From Camelus ferus (taxonomy: Eukaryota), in assembly GCF_009834535.1 (NCBI RefSeq), contig NC_045696.1, forward strand, positions 33,854,001-33,918,000: a stretch of DNA of 64,000 nucleotides, in the 5' to 3' direction. This document shows positions 62,701 through 64,000 of this stretch, in pieces. The position numbers and the translations under genes are program-made. The notes beneath the pieces were generated by a model. The model was given only the letters and a program-made list of their open reading frames with translations. It was not told the DNA's origin and did not search any database. Numbering within the stretch: the stretch's first letter is position 1; the number at the start of each line of letters is the position of its first letter.

Positions 62701-64000
62701 TATGTATGTATATATAAATATATATAAAGCCAAAATGTACATTTATATAAAACATATGTAATATATATAAAGCCCCAAATAGGTAATTCTTACCCTCTAT
62801 TGTTGTATAAACAGCAATCCACAATGAATTAAATCAATAGTGAAGAAGCTAAGCTCACCATAACTTACACACAGACACAGGTGTACACACAACACACACG
62901 ACTGTGAGAAGCAAAAGACCCTAACCAACTGAAGATCAAGATGAGTCACGACATAGCGTACTTCCAGAAAACCACTAATTCTGGTGATCCGTGAGTGTCT
63001 ACAATAGGAAGTTTGCAGAATAGTTCGGTAGTCCTACCTTGAAGACCAGTAATTATCCTCCCGAGTTGAACGTATCTCCCTTAACTGTCCTTAAGAGTAA
63101 GTATGTTACCCTTAGTAGTACAAACAAATGAAATTCTATGGGTCTTCTCTTTATTGGCCTATATGAATCAAATAAATGACTTAGATTTTTGGAGTTAAGG
63201 GTAACAGTTTGAGAATCTAAGATCTGACGTCTTCACATTGCTCCATTCCACTTTCTGCTTTGTGGACATATTTTGGCTCCTTCTTTGAATTAAATTTATC
63301 TGTCTTGATAATAGCTTGAAATATATTAATAATATTCTGAGTTTAAATTTAAGGTTAGCACCTAAATTATGGTGCTCAGGCATGTGGTAGTTAAATGGTG
63401 GTTATTAAACAGAAAACAGTTATACATATATAATTGCTTATAATTCTAGAATGCTAAGCAAATTATATATAGTTTTCACGTGTGCCCTCTTATAAAACAC
63501 TGAGGATTAGGTATTTTTTTCTATATCACTTAACTGAAATTCTATAAAAAGATATTAAAATATAGTTCTGTCCAATAGTAAATAGGTCTGTAAAATGAGT
63601 ACTGAGCAGGCTTAGCAGATACACATCATATCAAAATCTACTAACAAAAGTAATACATATTCTCAGAGACACTCTAGATAGAAACATGTTTGAGATCTTT
63701 GCCATGTACAACTGCATAGTTCTAAAAATTGTATCTTGATGGAGATCGGTGAAATGATTTACTCTGACTCATTTGCAAACATATGTAATTTTCAAAAAAA
63801 AATGAGTTCTCCTTTTTAATTTAAAGCAATATATTTTCAGTGTATCCAAAATATCCAGATGCGTAAAATAAAAAATTATGCACACTGGAAATGAGACAGT
63901 CACGGTGTTCTGGTTTTTCATTTGAATTAGGCAAATATGGATTTGGTAGGTAGCATGTCTCCTGAAAATAGGGTTACATTTTATAAGAGTGATTAAGTGG

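Noticed and set aside
1..64000. Minus-strand excess of LTR elements as evidence for a plus-strand host gene
   Set aside because: About 8 minus versus 5 plus; too few to distinguish from chance.
1..64000. CRISPR array, operon, tRNA/rRNA/snRNA genes, NUMT
   Set aside because: Mammalian repeat-rich DNA; no regularly spaced repeat-spacer array and no RNA-gene or mitochondrial sequence recognised.

Overview
AT-rich, CpG-poor mammalian genomic DNA (intergenic or deep intronic) with no intact protein-coding exon I can support. Repeat content points to an artiodactyl, most likely a camelid: a Tigger1a_Art-type MITE, a camelid-type L1 3' end, and no Bov-tA/BovB/PRE-1/CHR-2 SINEs that I can recognise. 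Main contents: (1) a near full-length processed RPSA pseudogene on the minus strand (about 14436-15327); (2) a complete 5.4 kb two-LTR ERV1-type provirus on the minus strand (26270-31705) with 4-bp TSD, tRNA-Arg PBS, PPT, no gag/pol ORFs and a decayed env TM relic; (3) several solo LTRs, including a CpG-rich, apparently young one (40704-41143) and a nested MER5A1/MLT1A/LTR stack near 7 kb; (4) L1, L2, MIR, MaLR and MITE fossils; (5) small-scale signatures of template switching and ultra-short L1-mediated insertions. Repeat family names were assigned from remembered consensus sequences, not a database search. Boundaries of old repeats are approximate. I found no convincing novel multi-gene system.
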